Of a stretch of 37,510 nt of DNA, positions 25,301 through 36,971 are shown in pieces. The translations under genes and the position numbers were made by a program. The stretch covers positions 1-37,510 of the forward strand of contig KE560703.1 of NCBI GenBank assembly GCA_000442015.1, in the 5' to 3' direction. Origin of the DNA: Rozella allomycis CSF55. Lineage: Eukaryota. Position 1 is the stretch's first letter; each line of letters opens with the position of its first letter. Under the pieces are notes generated by a model that saw only the letters and a program-made list of their open reading frames with translations, had not been told where the DNA came from and ran no database searches.

Positions 25301-27129
25301 ATGCCCCTATTTTCTTCTAAAATTGATGAAGCTGTTGAGAAAGCGACTTCAGGATACTTGCCTACAGCAAATGAAGATATTATCATAAATTTGGATGTTT
25401 GTGACATGATTAAAAGTAAAGAAGTGGATTCGAAAAACGCAATGAGAGTGATAAAGAAGAGGCTGCTACATAAAAATCCAAATGTACAACTCTTAGCATT
25501 AAAGGTAAATGTGATTATATTTTATTCCCAGTTAACAGACTCCTGTGTAAAAAATGCAGGGCACCATTTTCTAAAGGAAATCGCATCTAAGGAATACGTT
25601 GATTCATTAGTATCACTAGTACAGATTCAAGTATATTATCTCTAATTTTTGGAAAACACAGGCTACAAACCCTCAAGTTCGATCAAAAGCTCTTGAGTAT
25701 ATCCAATATTGGGCGCTAGCTTTTCGATCCAAGAGTGACTTGAATTATATGTGGGATATGTATAATCTTTTGAAAAATGATGGTTTCAATTTTCCTCCGG
25801 CTCCAAGAGTAGATTCTTCATTCCTGGACACACAGACAGTAAATTACACCATTGATTTTGACGAAGGCTCCTGAATGGACGGATTCTGAGAATTGCACTC
25901 GATGCAGAGCTCCATTTAGTTTAACAAATAGAAAGCATCATTGCCGCAATTGCGGGCATACATACTGTCAACGATGCTCATCAAAAACCGCCCCATTGCC
26001 TCATTTTGGCGTAAACGAATATGTCAGGGTTTGTGACAGCTGCTTCAATCGAAAATGGTAATAGTCTGTGTATTTTTGAACTAGCGCTCCACCATCATCT
26101 TTTGATGCTAGTGTAGTTCAAGACAATGGTGACGCTGATTTACAAAAAGCTATTCAACTCTCTATGATGGAATACGAAGTAAGTTACAAAAACTAGGCTA
26201 TAAAAAGAATAAATTTGAAAAAAAGGCGCCTGTGTTTGAAGTAGACGAAGACCCTCTACTTAAGGCAGCTATTGAGGCGTCCTTAAAAGATCAAGAAAGA
26301 AAAATTGATATTAGACATGAGGCAAAAAAGGATTTTTCATTGGCCTACGATACTAGCAAAATTGCTTACGAGGCTACACCGGAACCAACTCCAGTACCAG
26401 ATCCCGAATATGAACTGCCTGTTCATAAAGCTCAAAACCAAGCTTTTGATGAGGTGGCGGTTTCGAATGATTTGACAACTGTTGACAGAGAAAATATTGC
26501 ATTATTTATTCAATTACTTGACAATGCCGAAAGGGCAGGAAATGTGCATACAAACCCAGCATTACAGGTATTTATTTGAAAAATAGCTAAATTAGAGTCT
26601 TTATACGAAAATGCTGTATATTCGGCAAAAACTCGAGGTTAACTTGAAGGAGGCAGAGCGCAAATACGAATACTATTACAACAACCTCGAAAAAATTAGT
26701 CATGCGACAAGGCAATATGATAGCCTGCTTGAAAGCCGTATTAGCTTCGTCAATAATATTCCTTTTAGCCAGCCCCAACATCAAACGCCCGCGCTGCAGA
26801 ATTTAGGACATCCAAATTCGTATTTAAATAATAATGGTGCCAATTTCCCAAAAAATGAATATCCAAATGGAGAACACTATGTAGGCGTCGATAACACTCA
26901 ATCAAATGCTGTCAGTCAAGTAAATCCCAATTTTCATACTCATCATATCCCTAATACTGCAAATAATATGCAGAATGCAGCTTACTCTAATGGCATTCAG
27001 TACAATCCTGGATATTCTTTTGCTCAGCATCAATCACCTTACCCTGTTGCTCCTCAAGATGCCACTATGAAAATGTCAAATACTGGCAATGAGCGTAAAT
27101 TTGAAGACAAACCCTTAATTGACTTGTGA
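25301..27129 (+). CDS. VPS27: ESCRT-0 subunit Vps27/Hrs (VHS-FYVE-UIM; 6 introns)
   Basis: VHS (VEKATS...NPNVQLLAL...CVKN), FYVE (WTDS...RKHHCRNCG...RVCDSC), two UIMs ([18 protein letters not shown]) and C-terminal clathrin box LIDL. Confidence 0.93.
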
Positions 27130-27177
27130 AAATAAATAGTTCAAGTTCCATTTGGTAAATTTCGATTTCTAAATTAC

Positions 27178-27889
27178 ATGTTTCCAGCCATAAATTTATT
27201 GAAGCGTTATAAGGTTCGCCTCTATTAACAATTAAAATTAAGACTTCTTATCCCAAAGTGGATATTATTAATATTCCACCGAAGAAAAAGAGGTTTCCAT
27301 TAGTAGTAGTCTTATTGAAAGATTATGAACCGTTGAATAGAAAAAAGGGTAGACAAAATTTAATTTTTTAACAAAGGTGAAGTTATAATGGTCGATAGAC
27401 TTTTAATGCGACGAGAACTATATCCTCAAGGGTAAGAATCGTGTCGAATTGTAATTTAGAATAGCTGAATATGCATTACCTGAAAATATAAAGAAATATG
27501 CAATTCTTCCACCATACATGCAAACTCAAGAATACCAAGATGAAATCGCCAAACAAAGAGCCTACATAGAAAAGTTCAATTCTTTGAATGGAATAACGTT
27601 AGCATTTAAAAGATGCAGCTATTTTGACGGAGCTACGTATCTGAAAAATCCAATCACAGCTAAAGATATAAAGGACTCAATGCTTGCTTTATATGACCTA
27701 GAGGTCGATGAAAAGGACATCCGCTTCACACTAAATTTCAAAGACATTAAACGCTTCGGGTGGTACGAAGCTGTTATCGACAATGAAAGTGAATATCTGA
27801 TAAAACTGAAAATCCTCGTCAAAGTTGAAGAAATTGAACAAATAAATAGTCCAACGAAAAGTGTTGAAACAACACGAATTGCGTTATAA
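27178..27889 (+). CDS. MRPL9: Mitochondrial ribosomal protein bL9m-like (3 introns)
   Basis: Spliced N-domain VVLLKDYEPLNRKKGEVIMVDRLLMRRELYPQGIAEYA fits the L9 N-terminal pattern; C-domain PITAKDI...IKRFGWYE. Confidence 0.7.
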
Positions 27890-27922
27890 GTTAACCAAAA
27901 TAAAGTGTTGAATGTACTTTAT

Positions 27923-28372
27923 TTATTTACGGCGAGGGCTTGGCTTGTTAACTGGTTTTTTGTTAACTCTTGCAGTTTTTGCAAGAGCGGATGCACGAGC
28001 AACAGCGGCTTTAGTCAAATCAGCGCGGTAAAAATTGTTTGAAAGATTCTTTTTTAATGAACGGTAAACACGACGGGAACCTTTTGGAATTTCGTGTGAA
28101 ACAAACTTTCCATTCTTGCGAGACCTAGTGGTCAAAACAACTCCTCTCTTTGCACCAGGAGCGACATCAACGACCTATATCAAAAATAAAATCGAATATT
28201 ACGTCCTTGTTGGCAAGTCCTGAGTAGGTCAAACAGTGCTTGTTCATGAGATTTCCTTTCTCTGAGCTGAATTGAGTACCGTTGCGCTTAACAAGAAATG
28301 AATTTTGATTACGGATCAACAACCAAGTAAGCTCAGAAGACTAAATTTAAGAAACCACTTTGTCAATACCAT
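27923..28372 (-). CDS. RPL28: 60S ribosomal protein L28e (first coding exon is only the ATG; 2 introns)
   Basis: M|SSELTWLLIRNQNSFLVKR...FSSEKGNLMNKH...YSGLAN...YRADLTKAAVARASAL; 29-nt intron at 28341-28369. Confidence 0.93.
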
Positions 28373-28567
28373 ATTTTTTTGCTGCAAGGGTCATGCTACT
28401 GAAATTTCAGAAATTTTTCCGTACTCCTTTTGGCCCACATTATGAAATAATGAACATAAGTTAATTACTAAGTAATTAATATTATCGTCTAATAGCGGTG
28501 AACTCTTTACGTCATTCGCTTTGAAGATAGACTTATAAATTCTAACTACCCAAACTAAGCCTCCAGT

Positions 28568-29162
28568 ATGAATTTATCGCATCGGACACCTTTTTCGTTA
28601 GATAGAAGAACATTTTTCCGGTGTATTAGTTACATTAAAACGTAATTGATTATTTTGCCTAAAACAGAGAATTATCGAGTTCAAAGTATAACCTGCTTTC
28701 AAACCGCACGTTAGAAAACTTAAACGACCAGATGGAAGAAATTATAGATGCGAATGACAGAAATTGTGATATAGAGTATACAAATGGTGTTTTAACAATG
28801 AAACTGCGAGAAAACATGATTTTTGTACTTAATAAGCAACCTCCCAATCGCCAAATTTGGCTGTCGTCGCCAATATCGTAAATTTATCCTCTAATTGAAA
28901 TAGTGGACCAAGAAGATTTGATTTTTGTGAGTCGAACAATACTTGGTTTTACACTCGCGACAATTCGACATTGCATGAACTTTTATCAAAAGAGCTGTCT
29001 GAAATACTAGGAAAACAAATAAATATCAAGCCAATTTATTTTTGCTTGCTTTTCTTCCGAAACAGAAATGCTGATCCTCATATTCGGCTGCCCAATATAA
29101 ATTTCATCAACGTTCCATCCCTTTTGAACAAGCGAAGAACCAATGCTCTTTTCTGTATTTAA
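28568..29162 (+). CDS. FXN: Frataxin (2 introns) with C-terminal extension
   Basis: [41 protein letters not shown] and LHELLSKEL. Confidence 0.92.
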
Positions 29163-30353
29163 GACATTCGCTTTCTTGTGTGCGTTATTTATATCCATTC
29201 CTTTTATTATTAAAAAAGCATGATAAAACCCTTTCAAGAGATCATCCCTTGATGCACGGCGGTTGTACCAAAGAAAGCACTTATTGTTTTCCTTATTGTG
29301 AAAAATATAATATTTTTCTTTGTTGACGAAGTCCTTTTGGGACCAACAATCCTGTAACTGCTGAGTCTCATCATACGCTATTTTGCGCAATGGATAGTCA
29401 ACAAAAAGTTCCATTCGGCTAGACCAAAACCCAGATAAAAAATTTTCTTCCTGTGCTATCTGTTTCGGAGTAGGAAATTCGTCGTTGTTATGTATAAAAT
29501 TGAAAACAAGGTACATCCGCTGGTAATTCAATGATGGCGTTACAACGTTCTTACACGTTCTGAATACACTGTATGAAGATAAAGAGCTGAATATAATATA
29601 CGATGCAACTATGTAACTTAAATTCGTCCCGACTAGTGACGCAAGTAAAACACCCAAGGACGTTCCTATTTTCGATTTAAATGCACTTTACCAATAAGAG
29701 ATGCAGCTGTGCTTTGGGAGCCCGACTTTCCAGTGATATCCCCTAAATTGTTCTTCAAAGACATGCTGCTATGAATTTGTGCTCTAGTAGCTGATGTTGC
29801 AAGCCAGGAAATGTTTTTAGCTACATGATTTGTAATATGCCAAAATACCAACATTTGATAAGGAAGCGACGAAAAGAAAGCAAGATGGGGCTAAGGGTAG
29901 CAATACTTCAGCTAAACCAGCAAATTGCATTAAGATGGATGCCCATAATCTATGTAGTTTTGGGTTTGAATCAAACCGATTATTCATTAAACTGGCATAC
30001 ACAACACCTCCTAGCTGTCCTAAACCATCTTTAATTATCCAATTTAAAGCTGCCGCTAAGGGTATGTTTCCCTGAGATAGTCCTACAGAAAAGAGCAGCG
30101 CCTGTGTTGACAAGACTAGGTCTCAAATTTAGAGAAAAATATTACCACCAGAAACTGTACCAAATGTTATTGATAGGGCATTATAAAAAGAGTACTTGGC
30201 GTAATTATCAGTTACGGAGTGGGGATAGTCAGTTGGTAAGAATAATTTGAACATATGTCTCCAGTTGGTTAATTTGAGCGCATTTTTGTTAACTCTCATG
30301 TGTTTTTGATGTGCAATTAAGGTAGAAAATGCTCGAATACTACATGAATTCAT
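29007..30353 (-). CDS. RUS1/DUF647 (root UVB sensitive) family protein (3 introns)
   Basis: FLPTDYPHSVTDNY, VLSTQALL, AAALNWIIKDGLGQLG, NLGDITGKSGSQ, SLNYQR and terminal LVQKGW. Confidence 0.88.
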
Positions 30354-30392
30354 TTGGAATTTTCATTGTTTACAAATACAACGGGTAAATAC
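30354..30392. promoter_or_regulatory. Putative bidirectional promoter region (39 nt between divergent ATGs)
   Basis: RUS1 ATG at 30353 (-) and ABCA ATG at 30393 (+); the gap contains the variant motif ACCCGTT on the - strand. Confidence 0.5.
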
Positions 30393-33300
30393 ATGCCGAG
30401 CAAATTGATTGACTATATTAGCACATACAAGAGGCAATTGATAGTTGTTTTAAAGAAAAACTTTAAACTTCAAGTAAATCAAACCGAGTGTAGTATTCAG
30501 ATTCGATATTGGAGAACCACGTTGACACAAATCCTATTTGCCCCATTGGGATACTTGATCTTACTTTTTATATTACAAAGAGCGGGTCATATTCGAGACT
30601 CCAGATCCATTCCTAATCCGTATTCCTATCCATTGGACGCTATACCCACATGCCAAGTAAGTTCTTGTACATGACACTTCTAGGGCTACAAAGAGAATGA
30701 ACCGTGTATAAACCTTATGTTTACTCCCAAAAACGCACAAACGCTAGCAATAATGAACAAATTGAGTGATAATAATGCGGCGAGAGGAAAAGAGCGGTTT
30801 ACTGTGGAGGATAATGATTTAAATGGTAATGCATCTTGTTATTAAATTAGAAAGTTCTCGATAAACCCACGAAAAAAATTGGTGCCGTTGCGGTGCCTGA
30901 TAGTGATTTTATTTACACTTACACTTTTAACAATCCAAATACGACAATGTTCGGCATTTCATTTGACTTCACGCAAAATTCTTTAGTTACCACAAACACT
31001 ATTTCGTACCAGGTGTGGTATAACTATTCACTGCATAATAATGGTTCTGATGTTTATTCGAGGCCTTTGCTGTCATTATTCAGAGGACTTGATGAAGCTA
31101 TACGTAATTTGAATCTTTTCATGTGATTAGTTTCGTACTATAACGATCCGAGTGGTAATGCGAATCCTGTTAAACTGGATGTGACAATTAAGGATTGGCC
31201 CTTAGTGCCTCCTAGACTTCTTTTCGACGATCTTGTTAACTCGTACGGACCTGCTTTTTTTTTCGCTGCAGCTATGATGATATTCAATAATATTCTAAAC
31301 ACAGTTGTGACTGAGAAGGAACTAGGTCTTCGATATGCCATGGAAACAATGGGGCTAAAATCTTCAGTTTATTGGCTAAGCACGTTTATTTCCTACTTTT
31401 ATCTCGTTATCATAGCCTCCTTAGTGATATGTGTCTTTGGGATCCTATTTCGATTTTCCTACTTTACAAATGCGGCCTTCTCTGTACAATGATCTATATT
31501 TTTCAAATTAGGTCATTTTTGTCCAATTTTCTTTATTTGGTACTGCTATGGTTTGCTTGGCAATGTTTATTACTGTCTTTTGTCGTAGAGCTAAAATCGC
31601 AGGTAGAACACATATTCTTTTGTTATGCAGTTCTCTTTGGCGTATTTTTGTTTATCATTGGACTTATTTTTCAAAATTTTGTTTTTAGCAATTCATTCGT
31701 TGGCTATGTTTGGTGGGACGTGTCGGTTGATCCAGCCGCATGGAAAACTCTATGCACTCTAATTCCGTTCTTTAATTTCGGGAAGATATTTTTGGACGTC
31801 GGGCTATTAACTGCAGGAAGAAAAGATGCATTAACGGAAACGTTTATTCCAGGTAAGATGTCCACATGAATCATATTTCATAGGTCCTGGTATGAAATTA
31901 TAGTCTCCAAAAGTAGGTGTTACTTGGGATACAATATATCAAAAGATGGACTCCACATATTTACCAGATTATGGAAGCGGTGCTCCTGATGTGCCAACAA
32001 TTGCCGTGTCTTTTCAGTTTTTGATTTTAAATATATTTATCTATGGAATTTTAACTTGGTATTTTGACCATGTATATCCGGATGAATATGGTCAACGGCA
32101 ACCATTCTACTTCTTTTTGTTACCTTCACATTGGGGTTATAAATCAGAAAAGAAAATCCAAAAAGATGATCCTAAATTGGTAAACATTTTCTTTATATAG
32201 AATTATCAAGAAAGATCCAAAATTCAGTGATGAAGATGAAGACGTGAGAAATGAACGTGACTTGGTCTACAAGGAAGAGAATTCAAACTCTGAAAAATTC
32301 CCATTGAGAATTGTTAACTTGATTAAAGAATACAAGAAATATCCATTCTTGAAGTCGAAAACTGACAAAATTGCTGTGAACAAGACTTGTCTGGCATTAG
32401 AACAAGGGAAACTGTAATTTACAAAGTAAATATTGAACAGGTTGGCATTTTTGGGACAAAACGGAGCTGGAAAAAGTACTACTATGAATATTTTAAGCGG
32501 TTTAACACCTCCAACGGATGGAGATGCATTCATCTATGGAAAATCATGCAAGCATGAAATGGAGAACATTAGAAAAATTCTTGGTGTTTGCCCTCAGCAC
32601 GATATTCTCTTCAATGATTTAACTGCCAAGGAACATATTCAACTTTATGGGGCAATTAAAGGTGTCTCGGATGAGGAAATAAAGAAAATAATAGAAGAGC
32701 GTTTGGAGGCCGTCAAATTAACTAAAGTTGCAGACCGCTTTAGCTCCACATATTCTGGAGGGTAATTGTTTATATAAAATTCAATAGAATGAAAAGAAGA
32801 CTGTCAATGATTATTTCAACGATTGGCGATCCAAAAGTGATTCTCATGGATGAGCCAACTACTGGTACAAAAACAATGTTGCATTAAAAAGGAATGGATC
32901 CTGTCAATAGACGCCATGTGTGGTCATTTATAGAAAAATTTAAAGAAAATCGAATTATTGTTTTGACTACTCATTCAATGGAAGAAGCCGATGTTTTGGG
33001 CGATAGAATTGCAGTAAAGCTAATTCAAGCAATTTAGCGTAGATTATGGCACACGGAAGGCTAAGGGCGATAGGGAATTCAATGAGATTAAAGTCCCGTT
33101 TTGGAGATGGATACAGAATATCGATGAACGTTCATCCATCAGATACTGAAAAAACAAAAGAACAAGTTGCTAAATACTTTCAAAAGGCAAGATTAGAAGA
33201 TGATACAGCTGGGTCTATATTGTATCAATTATCTCCAGAAGCAACTACGGTTATTCCCGACTTTGTTCAATTTTTAGAAAGTGATTTACCAGAGGCAAGT

Positions 33301-33434
33301 AAATATTCCAGCATAATATAATTATAGAACTAGTCAAAGCATGGGGTATATCACAAACGACACTCGAAGAAGTATTTCTCTCGATTATTAGAAAGGCGAA
33401 TCCACAGGGATACAACGGATATGAAGTGAAATAA
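30393..33434 (+). CDS. Half-size ABCA-subfamily transporter (TMD-NBD; 14 introns)
   Basis: [28 protein letters not shown], Walker [20 protein letters not shown], signature [28 protein letters not shown] and TTLEEVF. Confidence 0.93.
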
Positions 33435-34062
33435 ATTGTAATCTCGTTATTACCACATGATTTGGTTTCTGTTTTGTTGGGATTAAAAGATATATTTGTT
33501 AGATGTTGATTATAAAAGATTTTATGATAAATAGTGCGTATATTACGAGATTCCGTCCTCATTGATGATGGGAAGAGAATCGTTCTTGCCAAAAGGATTC
33601 AGATTATGAGCACTAAAATTAATTATGCTACTTCATTAGTCACAAAAGTGGAGTGGACAAGCTCCGCAAGGTCCACAGCCACTTCAGTGGGCAAAGTCTT
33701 CATTTGACAGTGGGAGATAAGATCCACACTCCACAATATCGTTCAATGATTTTCCAATAAAGATGACCATTTTAATTTCAAGCAGTGTCTTTCAAATATA
33801 CTACTTTAGCTCAGATGTACAACCAGTAATCACCTGAAATTTGTAGAATTTGCAGAAAGCGAGAGGCAAGTAAGAAATACCAGCGCAATACCATAATATA
33901 ACTGTATCCCCAATTGGAAAATTGACCATCAGAGTCCAATTTTGGCGGCTTTTGTAAATAATTATACACTGAACAATTCTTTCAATTATAGCAAGCCAAT
34001 CCACATAAATTTCACTTTGTTGCGTAACTTCATTTATAGTTTATGTTTCTGAAAATTTCTTA

Positions 34063-36301
34063 ATGGGTACAATTGAGGATTGCTTTGAAGGAGCACCAGA
34101 ATTTGAAGATTATTTAAGAGAATCATCGTATAAAATTGAGATTTTCGAATCTGAAATAAAGAGCTTAAGTAAGTGCGCCAAGCTGGCCTTGGAATCTGGC
34201 CTTGATTATACATTAAAAATGTCCAACTTGGCCGATGCTATGATTTCTTTTTCCAAGAAACAAAACTGTTTACCCCATTTAGGTATGAGTAGGTATTGTT
34301 TGTAGTAGGCGAAGAAGCATTAAACAAATTTGGCAACTGTTTAAAGGAAATTGAATTGCATCGTTTTCGAACCATAAATCAGATGGAGACATTTTTCATT
34401 TTTCCTTTACAAGAAACGATAAAGAAAGATTTGGTTTTGTTAAAGGATATGATGAAGAAATACGAAAAGATATGTGATGACGTAGAGTCAGCGCATTCAA
34501 AATATGCTAGCAAAAAGTCTAAAGATTCTGGAATTCCTGAGGTGAAATAATTTTTGAAACATTATCATAGGCGGCAACTGAATTGTCGAATAACAGAAAA
34601 GAAAGACATTCTGTCGGGATGCAATATTTGATAGAGTATGATAAACTTGAAGAATATACAAAATATATTCTAGTAGAAAATGTAAAATCTCTGATTTATT
34701 GTGATAAGAGATTTTGGCATTTGTATTTTCGCAACTTTCATTTTTCCATCAGCAATATGATTTGCTTCATGACTTGGAACCTTACATGAGGGAACTCAAT
34801 GAGAAAATCCCTTTAAGTATACAAAAAGCTAAAGAAAGTTATGATATTAAAAAGAAGAAAACTGAAGACTTGATCAAAGTAATCTTAATTGCATTTAGAT
34901 ATTCAAGGAGAGAATAGATCAGTACAATCCCTTAACACCAAGAGAATTAATGAAAATATCAAAAGATTGTCCAAATAAACAAGGATATTTGTTCAAAAAG
35001 ACGAGTCACCAAAGAGTGAGAAATTCTTGGCATCGCAGATTTTTCAGACTTCAAGGAAGCAATCTAGTTTATTTCAGCAGAGGAAAAGTATATAGTTTAT
35101 TAAATATATTATAAGGATGAAGATCCCGTTGTGAATATTAATTTACGCCTGTGCTCTGTAAGATTGTCTTTACAGGAGAAATCGGAACGTAGATTTTGTT
35201 TTGAATTACTTTCACCAATAAAGTAAGTAGATATCTGAAATGCAATAGATCTTATATCCTGCAAGCTGAGAATGAAACTGACATGATTGAATGGATGCAT
35301 TCAATTCAGGCTGCAATAAGCCTCTCTTTCGCGACTCAAAAAATACAAGAATCCAACTTTCTGAGTGGAACAAACGAAGAAGTTTTAATAAAGGCTGTTC
35401 TACAAGAACAAGAAAATATTTTAACGCCAGAAGAAGTGAAAATGTTGGTTCGTAACTTGCAGAATGAAATCCCTTGTAATGATAAATGTGCTGATTGCGG
35501 TTCTCAAAGTAAAAAATGCTTTATTTGTGAAATGATAGATCCAAATTGGTGTTCTTTGAACCTTGGAATTCTTATTTGCATCGATTGCTCTGGCATTCAT
35601 AGAAGTCTCGGTGTTCATTACTCGAAAGTGAGATCGTTAAATCTCGATCATTTCGAACCAGAACCTCTTCAATTACTTTCTTTGCTGGGCAATGAAAAAG
35701 TCAATAAATATTTTGAGCATTCATTGGACCTTCAAACTAAACCGAGAGAGAATAGTGATAGAATTTTAAAAGAAACATTCATAAAGCAAAAATACGTTCA
35801 AAAATTATTTGTTGATGCAAGAACACCAGATCCGACAGTAATTGTCTCATATTTTTCATGAAAGCTTTTTTGGGAATCTATAGTTCTTGGTGATTTTCTT
35901 ACAGCTCTTGTTCAACTAAACTCTGGTGTTTCTGTAGATTGGCCAAATCCAAATTTCAATAATCAAACTAGTTTGATGTACGCAATCCAAAGGCATGACT
36001 CCATTTCGGTGGATTTTCTGCTAAATTGGAATGCGGACACTCAATTGACAGATGATAATGGATGGACCGCCTTGCATTATGCTGCAGACACCAATAATGT
36101 AAAGTAATAATTAGAATTTAAGGATATTAAAGGCAAATAGTAAACTTGATTAACAAAAATGCAAAATGGGATATCAAAGATAAATCGGGTAGAGATCCTT
36201 TAATGGTAGCAATGGAAAAAGAAAACGTTCAAAGCGTCACTGTCTTTAGATTATTCAAATTTGATAAAGAGCAGAAACATCAACCAGATCCTACCCTATA
36301 A
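34063..36301 (+). CDS. ACAP/centaurin-beta-like Arf GAP (BAR-PH-ArfGAP-ankyrin; 9 introns)
   Basis: BAR N-terminus, PH domain (KQGYLFKK...WHRRFF...RRFCFELLSP...LQAENE), C-x2-C-x16-C-x2-C zinc finger with SGIHRSLGVHYSKVRS, and ankyrin repeats (GWTALHYAA). Confidence 0.92.
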
Positions 36302-36332
36302 ATTAGAATTAATTCATGCTTTATTGTCATTG

Positions 36333-36836
36333 TTAATTTGTCAAGTTAAAGTCTGGCGAGCGATAAATTTTCTTTGTCAAATTCTTAAATCCTGGGACCC
36401 CACTATCTTTTTCAATAATGAAACGGTATTTTCCTGGAGCCAGATCTTTAGGAATAATGACTGACTTTTTCCCTTTCCCGTGTTGACTTGAAAACAGAAA
36501 GTACTCGGCATCAATTAGTTTTTTCAATGCACCTTTATCAAGTAATAACGGTTCCGTCTTTCCATCAACGCTTTCGATATATATTCGGTATCTACTGACT
36601 CCAAAGAGAGATCCAACCGCGTAACTGTTTAACTGGATATCATACGGTTGTCCTGCTTTAATTTCTTCGTCTTTTACTGGAGTTTTAAATGTTATTCCCG
36701 TTTTAAAATCTCTCATAGCACCATTGACTGCAACAGAAGTTCCTACCAGAGACCCAGTGAATCCAGGGAAAGGGGCAGCAAGCAAGTAAGAAATAGAGCA
36801 TAGCAGAAGTAATGAGGTAATAAAGATAGATTTCAT
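36333..36836 (-). CDS. Small intronless secreted protein (167 aa), possibly a Kre9/Knh1-like N-terminal beta-sandwich fold
   Basis: Signal-peptide-like MKSIFITSLLLLCSISYLLA starting at ATG 36836; pattern ITFKTP...AGQPYDIQ...VIIPKDLAPGKYRF...SPDFNL. The fold call is by eye. Confidence 0.7.
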   Translation of the reverse strand: MKSIFITSLLLLCSISYLLAAPFPGFTGSLVGTSVAVNGAMRDFKTGITFKTPVKDEEIKAGQPYDIQLNSYAVGSLFGVSRYRIYIESVDGKTEPLLLDKGALKKLIDAEYFLFSSQHGKGKKSVIIPKDLAPGKYRFIIEKDSGVPGFKNLTKKIYRSPDFNLTN

Positions 36837-36965
36837 TTTGAACTGAGTTGATTTTGTTAACACGCACACTGACGCCTTTATAGTCCTGTTTCTGTTCACG
36901 GCCTTGTTCACGGTGGTGATCAAATTCTATTTTTAGCTCGATAGTAAATTGAACAGCAAAACGAT

Positions 36966-36971
36966 AAAAAA
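36966..36971 (-). terminator. RNA polymerase III oligo-T terminator
   Basis: T6 run immediately after the tRNA discriminator base on the - strand. Confidence 0.8.

Noticed and set aside
30487-30496. U2 snRNA-like GTGTAGTA
   Set aside because: It lies in a 27-nt ABCA intron and has no other U2 features.
33540-33850. U3 or box C/D snoRNA (TGATGA at 33563, CTGA at 33834), or a selenoprotein frame (H-TGA-SGCGPC on the - strand)
   Set aside because: No U3 box A or B, no terminal stem, and no recognisable selenoprotein family or SECIS; such short words are expected by chance.
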